Below the pieces are notes generated by a model. The model made no database searches and was not told the origin of the DNA. It saw only the letters and a list, made by a program, of their open reading frames with translations. A DNA stretch of 17,352 bases from Candidatus Uhrbacteria bacterium (GTDB lineage Bacteria; Patescibacteriota; Patescibacteriia; SG8-24). The stretch lies in assembly GCA_016205965.1 (NCBI GenBank), contig JACQSM010000077.1:1-17352 (forward strand). Reading direction: 5' to 3'. The position numbers and the translations under genes were made by a program. Numbering within the stretch: the stretch's first letter is position 1; every line of letters begins with the position of its first letter. This document shows, piece after piece, positions 15,585 through 17,352 of the stretch.

Positions 15585-16634
15585 TTACCAGATCTCGTTT
15601 GCGGCCGGACGGACGGTGACGCGAGCCCCCGGCGATGCCGACTTGATCTTCTCAACGTGCGCCGGATCGTCGCAGACCATGAACAAACTGCCGAAGCTTG
15701 ATGTGCCGAAGCCGTCGCTCATCTCGCCGCGAGTCACCTCGACCTCTTTGGTGACCGGCTTGCCGCAGCCATCCACATGGCAGGTGTGCGTGACTCGGCC
15801 GCGAATGTAGGCCCGCGTCTGTTCCATGAAGGTCGTCGGCCAAACGGTGTCCGTCGTCTCGACGAAGACGTTGTTGAGCTTGAGCCGCTGCGGCTGATCG
15901 GCCGAGGCCAAAACAACGATCCTCTTTCCGCCATCCTCGAAGTCCTTATTCCAGCCGCCACCGTAGTAAACTCCGCTCTTCAGCAGCAATGGATCGAACT
16001 TGAACTCGACGTAGTGCTTGCCGGTCGCCCGATCCCGCCAATGATAGGCATGATCGACGATCCTCGAGATCGGCACATCGCTCTCGTTGGCGTAAGCCGC
16101 GGGCGCGGTCGCCAGCCCCAGCCGTTTGGCCAGTTGCAGCGCGACCTCGGCTGCCTCCGGACTGAAGACGGAGATCGTGAGCGCATGACCGCTCAACCGC
16201 GCCGCCGACAGGAAACGATGGCGCTGGAAAGATCCGTTCGATGAAGACCATCCCGATTGCCATGATCCTTGGAGAGTCTTGGGCGCGGCTTCGGTCAGGA
16301 TCAGATGAGCCTCGCCGTGCGACTTCGTGGCCGGATCGAGGATCACGCCCGGAATACGAAACTCCTCGACCAGAGCGCCAATCATGGCTCTGATTTCATC
16401 GAAAGAAATCTGATCGGTTTTCCGGTATGGCGTGGTGAAGGTGACATCGATGCCGAACGCGCTCCTGACGGCCAACTCACCGAAACTCAAGCCGCGATTT
16501 TCAATCTCATCTTCCAGCCGGCGGCGATCGTCTCTGTCGAGCCTCATGAGATAGGAATAGACATCTTTGCCGGAGAATGAGCCCGTGGGCAGCTTCGCTT
16601 CCATCTTGAACAAACGGCCAATCGATCCGAACAT
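15585..16634 (-). CDS. Hypothetical protein (349 aa) with C-terminal Cys/His cluster (HTCHVDGCG...CDDPAH).
   Basis: Starts at MFGSIGRLF with GGAGG 5 nt upstream. Sense-like codon usage. No family recognised by eye. The cluster is a possible zinc-ribbon-like module. Confidence 0.5.
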   Translation of the reverse strand: MFGSIGRLFKMEAKLPTGSFSGKDVYSYLMRLDRDDRRRLEDEIENRGLSFGELAVRSAFGIDVTFTTPYRKTDQISFDEIRAMIGALVEEFRIPGVILDPATKSHGEAHLILTEAAPKTLQGSWQSGWSSSNGSFQRHRFLSAARLSGHALTISVFSPEAAEVALQLAKRLGLATAPAAYANESDVPISRIVDHAYHWRDRATGKHYVEFKFDPLLLKSGVYYGGGWNKDFEDGGKRIVVLASADQPQRLKLNNVFVETTDTVWPTTFMEQTRAYIRGRVTHTCHVDGCGKPVTKEVEVTRGEMSDGFGTSSFGSLFMVCDDPAHVEKIKSASPGARVTVRPAANEIW

Positions 16635-16716
16635 CTTTGCCTCCGTCGGCGCGCGTAGCACGCTTGGATTTCAAACGAGCTTGCGGCGATGAGAATATCA
16701 GGAGTCCGGCGCGCGG

Positions 16717-17244
16717 TCAACGGGCCGAAACCAAATCCACGTTCGATCCTTCGATGACCTGGCCGAGGAACGGCAGCAGCGCGCGCTGATAATTTTGAAA
16801 CTCGAGCCGATCTTCTTCGACAATCTCCTCCTTCTGCAGTTCGACTTCAAAAATCTGACCGACATCTTTCACGGTATCGAGATGAAAAACGGCATCGCCC
16901 TTCCGCCAAACCTCCCGGGTCTTTTCGACGATGGCGCGGGTACCGAGGCATTGCTCGAGAAACGGCAATAGCATATCGTCGCCGACCGAATACAGTTTAA
17001 CCAGCGCCGGCGTCACCGCGCCGCTCACGAACGACGGTCGTTCATAATAGACGAGCGTCTTCTGTGCGTTTTCGATCCGAAGTTTCAGACGCGGCTGCTG
17101 GCCGCCATTCTCCGCCGGCAGAAAGAAAAAATAATCTTTCTGATTCTTGACGATCTCCTTATGCGCGCCAATCTGCTCCAAAACTTCGCGCACCTTAGCG
17201 AAATCCTGGCAAAAATGTTTCAGCTCGAGGTTGATCTTGTTCAT
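16717..17244 (-). CDS. CYTH-domain protein (CyaB-like class IV adenylyl cyclase / triphosphatase family).
   Basis: 175 aa from MNKINLELKHF. This N-terminal ExExK-type motif is characteristic of CYTH/CyaB, and size (~175-180 aa) fits. The alternative GTG start at 17262 adds 6 residues. No RBS at the ATG. Confidence 0.6.
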   Translation of the reverse strand: MNKINLELKHFCQDFAKVREVLEQIGAHKEIVKNQKDYFFFLPAENGGQQPRLKLRIENAQKTLVYYERPSFVSGAVTPALVKLYSVGDDMLLPFLEQCLGTRAIVEKTREVWRKGDAVFHLDTVKDVGQIFEVELQKEEIVEEDRLEFQNYQRALLPFLGQVIEGSNVDLVSAR

Positions 17245-17282
17245 AGAACGAAATTGTAGCACGTGGGACGCGATGCGGCTCT

Positions 17283-17312
17283 CAAAAACAAAACCCCGCC
17301 TCGACGGCGGGG
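17283..17312 (-). terminator. Rho-independent terminator for a minus-strand gene lying beyond the window end.
   Basis: CCCCGCC-GUCGA-GGCGGGG (7-bp GC stem), followed on the minus strand by UUUUGUUUUUGAG and preceded by a U8 run. Lies upstream of the CYTH gene. Confidence 0.5.
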
Positions 17313-17352
17313 TTCCGAAAAAAAATCCGGGGCAGACTACATCTTGGGCATC

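Overview
This is a 17.4 kb GC-rich bacterial chromosomal window. Most genes carry AGGAGG-type ribosome-binding sites. I find 15 plausible protein-coding genes and no rRNA, tRNA, CRISPR array or transposon. Working left to right, the window begins with the C-terminal fragment of a CorC/HlyC-type CBS transporter-associated protein. It is followed on the minus strand by a membrane-anchored TIM-barrel glycoside hydrolase of clan GH-A, a monocistronic coiled-coil membrane protein with a TTGACA-type promoter and an intrinsic terminator, and a flotillin (SPFH/band 7) gene paired with an NfeD/YqiJ-like OB-fold membrane protein. On the plus strand sits an aguA-aguB operon (agmatine deiminase and N-carbamoylputrescine amidase) with translationally coupled overlap. 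A YibE/F-like membrane protein follows on the minus strand. The most interesting region is 9.1-15.2 kb on the minus strand. It is a translationally coupled operon that encodes, in transcription order, a 495-aa protein with a C-terminal E2/UBC-like domain (HPHINDDGTPC motif) fused to an uncharacterised ~330-aa N-terminal region, a minimal and divergent ThiF/MoeB-type E1-like enzyme (226 aa), and an 84-aa ThiS/MoaD-like beta-grasp ubiquitin-like protein that lacks a terminal Gly-Gly. Upstream of the operon are a promoter-like element and a 28-bp perfect palindrome lying immediately upstream of the AGGAGG Shine-Dalgarno of the first gene. A terminator follows the operon, then a 682-aa vWA (MIDAS DxSxS) protein with its own promoter-like element and terminator. 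A Cys/His-rich 190-aa protein and a HAD-family hydrolase lie immediately upstream on the same strand. No JAB/deubiquitinase-type peptidase is visible. This looks like a compact ubiquitin-like conjugation cassette of unusual architecture and is the candidate novel system. The right end has lower GC and carries a small lysine-rich plus-strand ORF, a 349-aa hypothetical protein with a Cys/His cluster, and a CYTH (CyaB-like) domain protein. All family assignments are from motif recognition by eye and need profile or structure searches to confirm.
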